This document shows positions 34,401-44,585 of a stretch of DNA of 64,000 bases, one piece after another. A program made the translations under genes and the position numbers. The notes below the pieces were generated by a model. It did no database searches, was not told where the DNA came from, and saw only the letters and a program-made list of their open reading frames with translations. Source of the DNA: Ascidiella aspersa (Eukaryota); the NCBI GenBank assembly GCA_963924565.1, contig OZ004615.1:17670001-17734000 (forward strand), written 5' to 3'. Each line of letters starts with the position of its first letter. Positions within the stretch are counted from its first letter, which is position 1.

Positions 34401-36324
34401 ACGTTTACTTGCAGCTGGAAGCAGGTGAACCCCCTGAACCGATTCCACCACCTCCGAAAGTCGAACCCAAGCAATCTAGCAAGGTGGGTGACGTCATGTC
34501 AAAATTTAAAGATTTTTCGTACCACCGTTAACGTCTTAAAAAAAATCTGTTTCCTAAACACATAATGCATTTTTTGCTCGCTATATGTGTCGAACTGCTT
34601 TCGAAGTTTCTAGAAATAACATCAAAATATAACGCGAAATGTGACAACGGTGCGTATCTGGACTTACAGCCTAACACAGGGAATCTGCGGCCGCTGGTCA
34701 TAAGCGGCCCGCCAAGCATCAGAAATGTCCCGCTAAACTTGTTGCATTTGTACTTATTGTGTGCTAGGTAGGACAGCAACAATTTATTTTCCTGCCTTAT
34801 TAAAAAATGGTCGAACAACAGATGTTTAGATTTTGATATGTTTGTTGTTCTGATCAAACCATATGATGCGAGTGTTTAAACAATCTTTTAGTAATTTTCG
34901 CGACGCTGCTAGGAACACGACGTTGATATATATAAAAAATCAAACGTTACGCAAATATAAAATAGAAACTTTTACAACAGCACAGCTATCTTCTAAAAAA
35001 AGACATACAACCTGCGCTTTGTTCGAGGCAATGACAGCAACTAGAAGCAGTCTTTAACATAAAACAAAACACTGAAAAGGGGAAGATTACCACGACGCCT
35101 AGACGTTCAAGAATTGCGAAATCTCTCCGAATCCCTCCTAACAGTTGCTCACGATTTTGTTTGCTTTTGTTGTTGTAGTCGACTCAGTTCGTGTGCGGAG
35201 TTTGCAAGAGGATCTTCAAGCTGGTGGAGGAGCTCAAGGAACATCTCGAGGAGCACAACATCCCGCATCCCTGGCACTGTCCCCTGTGTGGCGTGCCTTT
35301 TACCAATAAGTAAGTGCGAGACTCTCTGTACTGCCTGAAAAGAAATCGGCTAAAAATATATACGTTGTTCTTATACTTTAATACAGTGTTTCTCGTTATT
35401 TTTTATGGATAGCGGCACCCCTCAGAAATATTAAATAGATTTCGGCACCCCTATAAAAATTTTCCGTAAGTAATTCACTAGAATATAGCAATAAATGGCA
35501 CTGGAACAACACACATCAACTCCACAACGTAGAAAGTTATAATTGGATTTATTCCACTCCTAATATTACACAAAAAGTTGTATGAGTTGATCCAAAATAA
35601 AATTGTTAAAGATTACCAAATATGTCGCGCAACCCTCGAGGTTTAGAAATGGCACCCCAGGATGCCGCGGCACCCCGGTTGAGAACCACTGCTTTAATAT
35701 AATACCGATTTTACACTATTGCCTTGGTTTCATTATCAACTGGCGACCTACTAACGGAAGTGTGTTTTGCCATTTTGAAGAAAAAAACATGGTAATACGC
35801 ATTTTTTTTAACTTCGCTTGTTAAAAGTTCAAATTGTCCAAAGCTGGATTTGCAGAACGTTTCCACAAATTGTCGAAAAACTTACCATAAAGGTTAACGC
35901 AATGTTATTTTTCATATTAGAATGGTAAAACCTTTGTAAATGTGTACGTACACTATGCAATTATTAGCTTGATATTTTGTAATTTATTAGCTTGATAATA
36001 AATTACAAAGCCAAAACAGTCGAGTACATTGACATAATTAAGACTAGTCAAGATGATGTCCATCTACTCGACTTTTTTGTCTTTGCAATTTATTATCAAG
36101 CTGTGTAAATGTGTCTGCTAAAAAAACGCCTCTATTCGATGGATGTTTATGAATGAGATGTTTTGCCAGTTTTCTTTTCTAAACGTGACGTCACACTTAC
36201 CAGGTACAATTGCCAACGTCACCTAACGCGACGTCACGGCGAAACCTCCATGGAGCCAAAGTACGTTGAAGATGTACGTCACGGACCTCGTCATCCCCGG
36301 AAGCGATCGAGGAGAACCATGTGA
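4476..36324 (+). CDS. RREB1: Ras-responsive element-binding protein 1 (RREB1/hindsight family) zinc-finger transcription factor, about 1695 aa, 33 coding exons
   Basis: Phase-consistent exons: 4476-4515, 5461-5538, 5726-5813, 5890-5936, 6010-6100, 6641-6803, 7186-7343, 8059-8269, 8686-9076, 10441-10590, 13930-14058, 15974-16169, 18016-18157, 18762-18865, 19343-19509, 20273-20355, 21085-21265, 23108-23446, 24131-24349, 24876-25073, 25231-25349, 27224-27297, 27840-27964, 28723-28856, 30007-30237, 31240-31350, 31813-31917, 32378-32620, 32862-33083, 33688-33915, 34415-34483, 35179-35309, 36204-36324 (5088 nt, no internal stop). RREB1-diagnostic segments: [95 protein letters not shown]. 13 fingers counted. 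Confidence 0.9.
11845..12262. mobile_element. Non-autonomous hAT-type MITE (418 bp)
   Basis: Terminal inverted repeat CAGGGGTGGGCAAA / TTTGCCCACCCCTG. Perfect 8-bp target-site duplication CCATATAC at 11837-11844 and 12263-12270. Confidence 0.9.
14051..14418 (+). repeat. Degenerate direct duplication (~185-bp unit) starting at the end of RREB1 exon 11
   Basis: CTCTGCCGGTAAGAATCGAC...TCTGGTAAAAGT...ATGATAACTTGGT.TTCAGTTGAC...GTGTTAAT recurs from ~14234 as CTCTGCCTGTTAGAATCGAC... Confidence 0.75.
16274..16556. mobile_element. Degenerate hAT-type MITE
   Basis: Ends AGTGTTTCTCAA / TTGAGAAACACTG, with internal GGCGACCC subterminal repeats. The TSD has decayed. Confidence 0.65.
19216..19236 (-). 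mobile_element. tRNA-derived SINE fragment (B-box region)
   Basis: The minus strand reads GAGGTCGTGAGTTCGAATCTC, 20/21 identical to 57875-57895. It contains the GTTCGAA B-box but no complete cloverleaf. Confidence 0.5.
21391..21670. mobile_element. hAT-type MITE, same family as 35384-35691
   Basis: CAGTGTTTCTC ... GAACCACTG termini; near-perfect TSD GTTTAAAT/GATTAAAT. Long internal identity with the 35384 copy (TATGGATAGCGGCACC, ACACACATCAACT, AAAGTTATAATTGGATTTATTCCACT). Confidence 0.85.
22428..22590. mobile_element. Inverted-repeat (foldback) remnant, probably derived from a Penelope-like element terminus
   Basis: Arms AATTGCAAAGCCAAAAAGGTCGAG / CTCGACCTTTTTGGCTTTGCAATT, plus an inner perfect 20-bp inverted repeat CGATACGAGCTTGTATCATC / GATGATACAAGCTCGTATCG. 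It encloses the hammerhead. A related copy lies at ~35989-36102. Confidence 0.65.
22470..22511 (-). ncRNA. Minimal type I hammerhead ribozyme (Penelope-like element type)
   Basis: Minus strand: ATTAA CTGAAGA T GATAC AAGCTC GTATC GAAA CG TC TTAAT. This gives helix I (ATTAA/TTAAT), the CUGANGA core, helix II (GATAC/GTATC), GAAA, the palindromic ACGT minimal helix III and a UC cleavage site. Confidence 0.75.
25075..25129 (+). repeat. 20-bp tandem repeat (~2.7 copies) directly at an RREB1 splice donor
   Basis: TAATGTAAAATTATGCTTGT repeated immediately after exon 20. Confidence 0.85.
25944..27116. mobile_element. hAT-type non-autonomous element (outer element of a nested pair)
   Basis: 16-bp TIR CAGTGGTTTTCAACCT / AGGTTGAAAACCACTG. 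TSD GCCTAGAC / GGCTAGAC (one mismatch). Confidence 0.85.
26482..26813. mobile_element. hAT-type MITE (332 bp) nested inside the 25944-27116 element
   Basis: 16-bp TIR CAGGGGTGGGCAACTT / AAGTTGCCCACCCCTG. Perfect TSD ATGTAGAG at 26474-26481 and 26814-26821. GGCCCGC subterminal repeats. Confidence 0.92.
28950..29480 (+). repeat. Degenerate tandem duplication, ~265-bp unit, in RREB1 intron 24
   Basis: ACTTAAGCTCCACTTTA.TATTTGTCTATAAA, ATTAAAGTCCA, CTAATAGGAG.GCAAAG and GTCTCCTTAA each occur twice about 265 bp apart. Confidence 0.8.
29578..29884. mobile_element. Foldback/MITE-like element built of GTGC(G/A)CACATTT subrepeats
   Basis: Imperfect ~50-bp inverted termini (CAATGTGCGGGAAAAAGTGCACGCAAAAATGTGCAAAA versus the reverse complement of the right end) and at least five internal GTGCGCACATTT-like units. 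Confidence 0.65.
35384..35691. mobile_element. hAT-type MITE (308 bp)
   Basis: CAGTGTTTCTC / GAGAACCACTG termini; perfect TSD CTTTAATA on both sides; GGCACCC subterminal repeats. Confidence 0.9.
35989..36102. repeat. Palindromic element related to the 22428-22590 foldback, lacking the ribozyme core
   Basis: AGCTTGATAATAAATTACAAAGCCAAAACAGTCGAGTA ... TACTCGACTTTTTTGTCTTTGCAATTTATTATCAAGCT. The arm sequence is shared with 22553-22590. Confidence 0.75.
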
Positions 36325-36404
36325 TGTGACGTCATCAAAAGGATTTCGTGAAAAATGCTACATCGAAGCGTATTCGTGGTACACTTACGTTACGCAGTTG
36401 AGTG

Positions 36405-36768
36405 TTTGCGGCTTCTCTGTGATTATTCTGTAATACGTTCGTTTTAATTATGTGATATATGAAAGCTGATGAATATCATGAATTAGGTTATTAAGTTATT
36501 ATGATGTTAAACCCTAATCAACTGCTATGAAAACACAACAGTGTGATGTTTGCGGCTTCTCTCTGATTATTCTGTGACCTTCGTTTTAATCATGTGGTAT
36601 ATGAAAGATGTTGAATATCATGAACTAGTTTATTATGATGTCAACCCTTATCATGAAATCACAACTTATGTGTGTTAGTCTGCTACAAACCTGAAAAATA
36701 CGTAAGTGTTTGTGATGTTATCCTTATAGTGGTGACGTAAGTGTTTGTGATGTTATCCTTATAGTGGT
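36405..36768 (+). repeat. Duplications in the RREB1 3' UTR (~140-bp unit x2, then a 35-bp-period repeat x2)
   Basis: GTTTGCGGCTTCTCT.TGATTATTCTGT...GAATATCATGAA occurs twice; CGTAAGTGTTTGTGATGTTATCCTTATAGTGGT occurs twice. Candidate AATAAA at ~37023. Confidence 0.8.
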
Positions 36769-38470
36769 ACAAAAGCAATCGTTTGACTACTAGAAATGCT
36801 TACTTAGTGGCAGAGAGCACGTCCAACGTACTTTCTACTCTAGTCGTTTGTGGAATCCGTAGCAGTTGAGCTCAAATTTACTTTGGATCACGTTTTTACC
36901 GAGTTTTAACTCGCAGGCAGCAAGCCCGTTTATTCCTGCTGTTTTTATCGTGTATAAAATTCCACCCTTTTTGATGTTACCATTTACTTTTTCGTTTTGT
37001 TTTGTTTTGTTTCGTTTAAGCAAATAAACGTGAGTGAGTGATGTTGCCAGTTGGAAACCGCCTTCACATAGGTTTGTATCTATTTTGGTTGCTAGTCACA
37101 AATATTACCGACTTTCTGTAGTGCACAAAAGGAATGAATTTAATAATACCGGAGTTTTACTTGTTAAGGTCTTTTCTTGTTCCAAATATGTTCTGTTTTT
37201 GATTTGGTGATCTGTATTAATTCACCAATGGAAATAAATACCAACGGTAGATCTTTTGAGCTCACTATAACAACTAAGATCAGTTTAGCAAGAAGGGTAT
37301 CTTTTGTTGTGTCTAAACTACTCACGTGGTTGTTTTTTCACTCGGTGTTTAACAGTAGCCTATAGGTAGATGGTGAAAACAATTTGTCAAATCGCTTTAG
37401 AAAAGCTTCTGGCTAGCCTGTAGCTTTGTCGTAGCTACACAGGCACTTTTTCCTGTGGCGCTTAAATGTCTAGGAGCACCTTTCTTTGGCCAGGAAGTTA
37501 ACCGAAACAGCAGTGCGCCTTTCTCTCGCTCTTTCTCACTCTCTCGGACTATTTTTTAAGCCTGAACGTTCGGACAGGGCGGATCCAGGCTGCTTGACTA
37601 TCATCACGTCCACTACTTTTGCGCTGTTCGTCGCACGTAGGCTGGCAAATGGACTGACAACCTGTCAAGCATGAAGCTTCAGTTTGTTACGCGAGCCAAT
37701 CTGCCAGCTGTTGTATCTTCTGTAATAATAAATCTTACGACTTGTTTAAAAATGCGAACGTAAAGCCATGATAATGTTGTTTTATTTGCTTGTATTTATA
37801 ATATTAAAATGTACGTAGAAATGTAACGACGACAGCTCTAAAGCAAATAACTCGTAGCAGGCAACGCAAAGCAATAAAACCAATAATACATATAAAAAAC
37901 GCGATACTTCTAAATGCTCTACAGTCGGTTAATTTTCTTAAGAGTGCATTTCGCTGTGAACATTTTATTAAACCATTTTTAGTAAAAAAAAATTAAATAA
38001 ACGCAAAGAAAACAATAAAGATGCAAGTTGTCAGTACAACGAAAGTTGGATGTAGTGCAGTTCAAATATAATGTTAAGAAGAACTTACGAGCACGGCAAA
38101 ATATTAAAAACGCAAGTCAACCTCTACTTCTACTAATTTGAAGAATTGTTCGCCTCGCGCGAATGTGTACGTGCATTGCTTTCAAAACAAAAGGCGGAGA
38201 CATGGGGCATACTGTCGTAACAGGAAATCGGTTGGAAAAAGCACAGAGGGATGGAACCTATTTATAAAGCATCACGACGAATGGGTTGAAACCTTGGTCC
38301 ATTACCGGCGCCAGTAGCCGCAAACCATTGGAAGTTGTTGTAATGCTCCAAATATGCAGGATATATAATGTGGATTTTTTCAACTTCAAACAGAAAATAT
38401 TTCTAAAACTCAACGACACGTTCCATGTAATACCCTTATGCGACCAACTCCCATTGTCTCCTCTTGCCAC

Positions 38471-41400
38471 TCAAACGTAGTCGGTCTGCTTCTCTCTTTG
38501 CATCGGACGCACAGCTCTGTAGCTCTCCCGGAACGACTCTCGCATTCTCTTCAGTCCTTGTCCGACTCTCCCTCTGTTCCAGTACTCCTCATCTTCCTTT
38601 TCGACGTAGGCGCTTCCGCAGAGTATCAGCGCTCCTCCGAGGATCCCGACTCCCATGGCAGCCCATCCTAAGAAGAGCGAAGTCCCGAAAACGTACCTTC
38701 TTCCCACGTCCATGGAGGGTAGCAGAGCTAAAGCGTTGTATTCTTGTACCACCTGATCAGAGAATTTGGTTTAAACAACTAGTTTATAGGCCTACTGTAA
38801 ACTGTACTTTGAATATTTAGGTTTATAGTCAAATCTACAATAAAACTATACAGTAAACTAGAGTTTATACTTAGAATGCTGAGACGTTGATTGGGGTCGA
38901 AATTATTTTAATGATAACCGTTGTTTAGTTACTATATAACATGATACAACACCCGTAACACGACACAGTTGGTGACTCAAGTAAATTACTTGACTTGGCT
39001 TAGTTTTCAAATTCTTTTTATTGATTAATCCGTTTACTCACATAAAACGATTCTCTTGTTGAGTGTTTCATTTTAAATGTATCTTGGAAGTATTGCTTAT
39101 GACTTGGATGAGTGATTTTTATAATATCTCAGGCTAATATTTAACATTTCGAAAAAGTTTTGGCATGAATCAGAAAAAGTCTCAAAAAACTATTTTTTAC
39201 GAAGGTGGAAACACCTATAACTTGCACAACAAATACCTGATGGCCGTAATAGGACACGGCGACTCCAATGGAAAAGGACGAAAATATCCAAAACACGGCG
39301 GCCACCTTTGCAACTCTGTTCTTCATTTTACCGTCGTCCATGCACTTTGTGCACTCCATGCCGAAAATGGACAGCAGAAGGGCAAAGCCACCGAACACAC
39401 ACGCAATCATGGCCAGACCTCTTGCGACCTGCGTAAAGTAATTAGCGTTAAATTAAAGCTTTTAGCAGCTTTAAATTAGGTTAATATATGTAATATGTAA
39501 TGCGTTGATGGTGTTTAAATATAAGCCAGTATAGTTATGTAGGTAAAACTAAGGAAAGGGGTTTGGCGGTTGTGGAATATCTATGAACATCTACTCTGCT
39601 ACAATGAACGGCTAATGTTTGCGGTAAAAACGTTTATAGTTCGTGAGCTTTTTTGACAAATATATTATAAAGCACACTCAAGACACAACCGCGGTGTTTT
39701 TGTTTGAAGTTGAAGGATTACATGTCAAATTTTGTTTTTTGTTTGTTGTGTTTTTATTTTAGGGGCACAGTTTTAGCCACACTGTTTGCGCAATTGTAGT
39801 TAAAGATACCCGTAAGTTAGAATTACAAGCCTAGAAACTTGCAGTATACTTGAGACGTGAGTAAAAGCGCGTACCGGTACCATGCGGTTTATCTTCACCC
39901 AATGGACGCTTCAATGATTTTGTACTATGGTGTCGAAACAAAAATAACCTACCAAGAAACGTTCGTTATGTCATGGCCCGTTTTGCTGATTTAGATTATT
40001 TAAACCATATTATAGGCTACTATAAGGTAATTTCCTTCACGTTTCGATACGGGTTTAATGCACGTTCCAATCAATGGACGTTGACACAGTTTGTATGCAC
40101 GTTTAAAATAATGCATGCCTAAATTTATTGAGGGCACACATTACTTTATGAAAAAACAACTCAGGAAAACAAGCAAAAAACATAGTTTCAACAGGCTTTC
40201 TTGAGTTGCGACAAACATATTTGATGCAAGTGTTTTACGAATACAAATTACTACAACAAATTTACCTGGACTTGGACTGAGAGACCAAGAAAGAACCCGT
40301 CAAAATCGTCGCATTGCCATTGGCCGGTCGAATAAGTGATGCAACGCAACCAGATTCCTGAAAATACAAAACATTTTTTTTTAAAGCTGTTTTTTTTAAC
40401 ATAAAATTTTTGAATAATTGAAGTTGTTTAATTCTGTCGTAATACGGATTTTTACTTGGTTAGTCAGTCACCTCTGGTACTTTCAATTTCAAAATGGTAA
40501 AAAGTTCTAAGATTTGTCATGTTCTTGATGGATGACTTATAATTTATCTAAACATCATTATTTAGCGTTAAATACAAAAGCGATATGGAAAACCTTGATA
40601 TAGCTAAAAGTTGAACACTAGCTTGTCATACGAGGTCTGGCCAAAGTCAACTACATGTTACATTTTTGGTAATCGAAGTGTAACGTTAAACGAATAGGGT
40701 AGTATAACTTGAGTTTTCCGTCGTTAAACATGCCGGTAACCTATCTTTTCCTGTCACAATTGCTTGGTCTTAAAAAGCGTACTGAAATTGTTATAATTAG
40801 GGCAATTATTTTTTGGCTTGGATAAAAAGTCAAAATTTGGTAAAAATTAACTCATTAGGTCAAAATTTATCAAAATTATTCCAAGTCTAATTAGTTTACG
40901 AAATGCGCAGAAATCCTTTAGTTTTGAATTACATCCAGCAACATTTTAACTGTGTTTTGCTTTCATTAGACTTACAGGAATATACGGTATATGCCAGAAT
41001 TAATCGCGCAGACCAAGTTTATCGCAAGTTGTTCTTTGTTTTGGCTTCTGAATTAGACAAATGCATTAAACAGTATTTGCTGTGCCTTGTTTCCTATTTA
41101 GATAATATGCTAGATATTTGTTAATTTTTTCGAATTATTTTTACCTTTTATTTCAAATTATAAACTGTTTGGTCAACAATTTTCTAAAATAACCAACATC
41201 CTGTTTTTTTTTGCATTTTTATAGTTGTTTGTCTTTCTGATATTCCAAAAATATCGACTAAGCAATTTCAAGAGTTTTGTACAAAACCGAACACATAACT
41301 AATTTGTGTTCCAACGGTAGTCAATAAAACATTAAAAAGAAATGTCTGACGAAGCCAAGACACTAATGCAATACTTTATTCAACAATGCGTTGTTCAAAT

Positions 41401-41937
41401 CAACGTATTGGTCAAAATTTTGTCAAAAAAACGATTTTTTAGGTCAAAATTTGTTCAAATTTGAATTTTGTAGGTCAATTTTTTTATTTTTTGCTAGAAA
41501 ATAATCGCCCTAGTTATAATTCATTAAAATTTGACGCTAGATTATTATGTATGCCTATGGTTTACTGAATAAAAATACTCAAGGTTAAACTTTGAATTTG
41601 TGTTAATCTACTTGGAACGTCGACCATTATAGACAAGGGGTACGATAAAGTTACATGAAAGCTCAAAGGGTACGAGCGCTAAAAAGGTTAAGAAGCACTG
41701 ATCTAGATCGATTCGTGTTTAACCTCTCTATACGAATTTAACTCCAGTGGTACGCTATAGGCAAAATTTTTTTGGGGCGTGGTCGGTGGTCTTACCTTGA
41801 TGCGTTATTGTTGCTTCGATAACGTCCAAAGATGGGTCGTTTTTCCGCCAATCCGGCAAAATTACAGCTAACATAGTACAGAGCCCAGCCACAAGACTGA
41901 TTACGAGTCCAATGATTTGTAAAGCGTTATTTGCCAT
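38471..41937 (-). CDS. Claudin (paralog A), 235 aa, 4 coding exons
   Basis: Exons 41937-41796, 40357-40266, 39428-39237, 38752-38471, all GT-AG and in phase. Claudin signature W...GIWLRC-x8-C, GMECTKC, FGTSLFLGW, four hydrophobic segments and a C-terminal YV PDZ-binding motif. Confidence 0.93.
40798..41512. mobile_element. hAT-type non-autonomous element with TAGGG termini (715 bp) in claudin A intron 1
   Basis: TIR TAGGGCAATTATTTT / AAAATAATCGCCCTA; perfect 8-bp TSD GTTATAAT (40790-40797 and 41513-41520); GGTCAAAATTT subterminal repeats. Confidence 0.85.
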
Positions 41938-42330
41938 TTCTCTGGTAATATACCTATACAACTTTAAACATATAACAGTGTAACTGAAAAAGAATAGTAA
42001 TTTAAGTTCTTAAATTATACTCAGTTCCTAAATTCTTTAAGTTCTTAAATTATACTATTCGACTCCGTTACTGACTAACTTGTGCGTTTTGTAAAGTTTA
42101 TTTTGCCCAATCAGAAATTGTTCCTTATGGTGAACCTTAATATAAAATTCACCAGGTAACTAATGTGTTTTACTCTTTTATTCAATTTAAAAGCACTCGA
42201 CAATTAAATAAGTCAAACAAACATGTGTAATTTAATATGGAGTCACTGCTGGCACCTAAACACTCGTCCAGATCTAATTCATAACTTATCCTTTCACGTT
42301 ACTGAATCTTCCGTGAATAACACAGCCGCA

Positions 42331-42352
42331 CGATTCGCGAATCGGTTTTATA
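42331..42352 (-). promoter_or_regulatory. Candidate TATA box of claudin A with adjacent palindrome
   Basis: TATAAAA on the minus strand (42352-42346) in GC-rich flanks, about 410 bp upstream of the ATG, followed by the perfect palindrome CGATTCGCGAATCG (42331-42344). Confidence 0.45.
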
Positions 42353-44585
42353 AGACCGTGCCTCAGTAGGCGGCTCCGAATTTGAAACCCGCATTCAGGA
42401 GAATGCCCTGTGTTACCTCACAGGCCCCAACAAAAGGAAACGCCGTCGAAGCCCTTCTTTTCGCTTGGCTGATCTGAGAAATCCTCTTTCTATACCAAGG
42501 CGACTCGGCTTCTAAACTTTTCTCAAAACTTGTCTCGTGATGTTGCGTTATGACGTAACGACATCACCCCTTATTTGGCAATATATTTGCGGTAATGTCA
42601 TTTCCCCTCTTTTTACCCAACCCGCGTGCGCAGCTTTTGAAGTTTGGGTGGATATACAATACATCCCATGTGTTTTTTAAATGTGCTGGGCATGTTTTTT
42701 GTAGTGCCCCGGGGCAGTAGTTTGGGTGTAAGTGGAGCGAAAACCACTTGTTGGGACTTTTAAGGACGCTCGAACGTTCGATTATATACAGACCGTTGCC
42801 GGCAAAACTCATTTGTAAATAGAAAAAAATCGCATTCTACAAAGCGCATTCGTGCCGTGCTAATTTAATTTAGTTTACTTTCACATATTTTCTTAAAACC
42901 TTTTGTGCCTTTTTGCAGTCTTGTTTGTGCCAAACTTGCAAATAAAAAGAAATGCCGAAAAGACGTATATATAACTGTTTAACTATTTCCAAAAAATAAG
43001 TTTAATGCCAGAAAAGTTCAATGACTCATCTTCTTTTAAATCTTTTTTTAAATCCAAGAAAAATACAATAATTGTAAGAAGTATAGCGTTCCCGTACTCC
43101 GTCAAAAATGTTGCAATATTTCCGTAGCGTATTCCACCATTCCTAATGTCTATTGTACATTATTATTTCTCCTTCGCATACTGTGTCGACCTCTCGCACC
43201 TTATTCGGCCATACAAGGTAGCCAGGGTTTCCATTCAATTTCAGACGAGCGTCACCGGAGTCGCAACGCTGATTCGGCAACCCTATACACCTCGTTGTGA
43301 CGTTTCAATGGACGACAATGCGATTGTGTTGTTACAGCGAATGGAAAGAAACTGCCTGTTTAGACTGATGTTGCTGAGAACTCAATGGACTCGTCCATAT
43401 GTGTAAGTGAAAATGGCAAGAAGGGCATTTTTGTGTACATAAAAAAACAGAAGGCATTTTGTGTAATTCTTTTGCTTTGTTGATTTGTATTAAACTAGCG
43501 AACACTTTAGCCTGTCCTGCTATTAATAACCAATAAAAAACACGATATGCTTGCAGCTTGATCATACGAGTTAAACACAAACTTTACTCTGAAATCTGCT
43601 ACTGGTAAGTTAAACATGGCTTGATATTTAAAAAAAATGTTTTTACGATAATTTGGTTTGAGAAAAATAAAAATAAACACTAATTTCTCTATTCACAGTT
43701 TAAACAATAAAACAAAAAAAATATAGTTATGTAAAATATTGTTTTTTATTTAACATTCCTTGGGGAAGGGTCTTGAAATAAGTACATTGGGAGAGTTAAA
43801 AATGACAGTGACAAAAGATCGACTTTGGACTAAGTTCCGATTTAGATATCAGATTTTGGCAGCGGTATAATAAAGAGACCGACGTAAACTACGTAGAGCT
43901 TGATATGCCTTTAGGAAGGCTAAAACGTTTCACTAAAGATTTATTTGTGCCATTATTCAAAGACCAGTCACTTACACATTACAACTGTGACAATAAAACG
44001 ATATATATAGTTCGTTATTTTATTACATAAAAGTATTTCGGATCAACACTTTATAAAGATGAAAATGAAGAATAAAACACAAACTTCGTCTCTACGTTCC
44101 CTCTAGGGATGGAATTAAAAAGTAGTTTGCGTCATTGCGTGTATAAATTCGTTCATCTTTAGATTTAGATTTAGCATTTTTATATTGGGTGTCAGAAAAT
44201 TGCTATACGATATTAAACACTGATTGCTATTTACGAAAATCACTGTTAAACTTTGCGAAAACAAACAGTAGCTTTAAAATCAAAAACAAAAAAATAAAGC
44301 ATGCTGATTTCCTACTTGTTTTAAGAAGGCAATATCAACAATCTCACAGTAACGAAAAATATAAAAATACTAAATAAATTGGTCCAAAACGTCGACTAAC
44401 TTGGTCACATAAAAAAATTCCAGTAAGACTATTTTGCCGAATCAATTTCCACTTTATCAAAAACCAATACAAGGGGTTCTAGCTGTTTTCCAACTAAAAT
44501 ACAAAAGTGCATGCGACCCACAGTCCAAATCCAACCAAATTGAGACAAGTTTAATATGTAAAAAAGAGTTCAACCTGATTGAATT

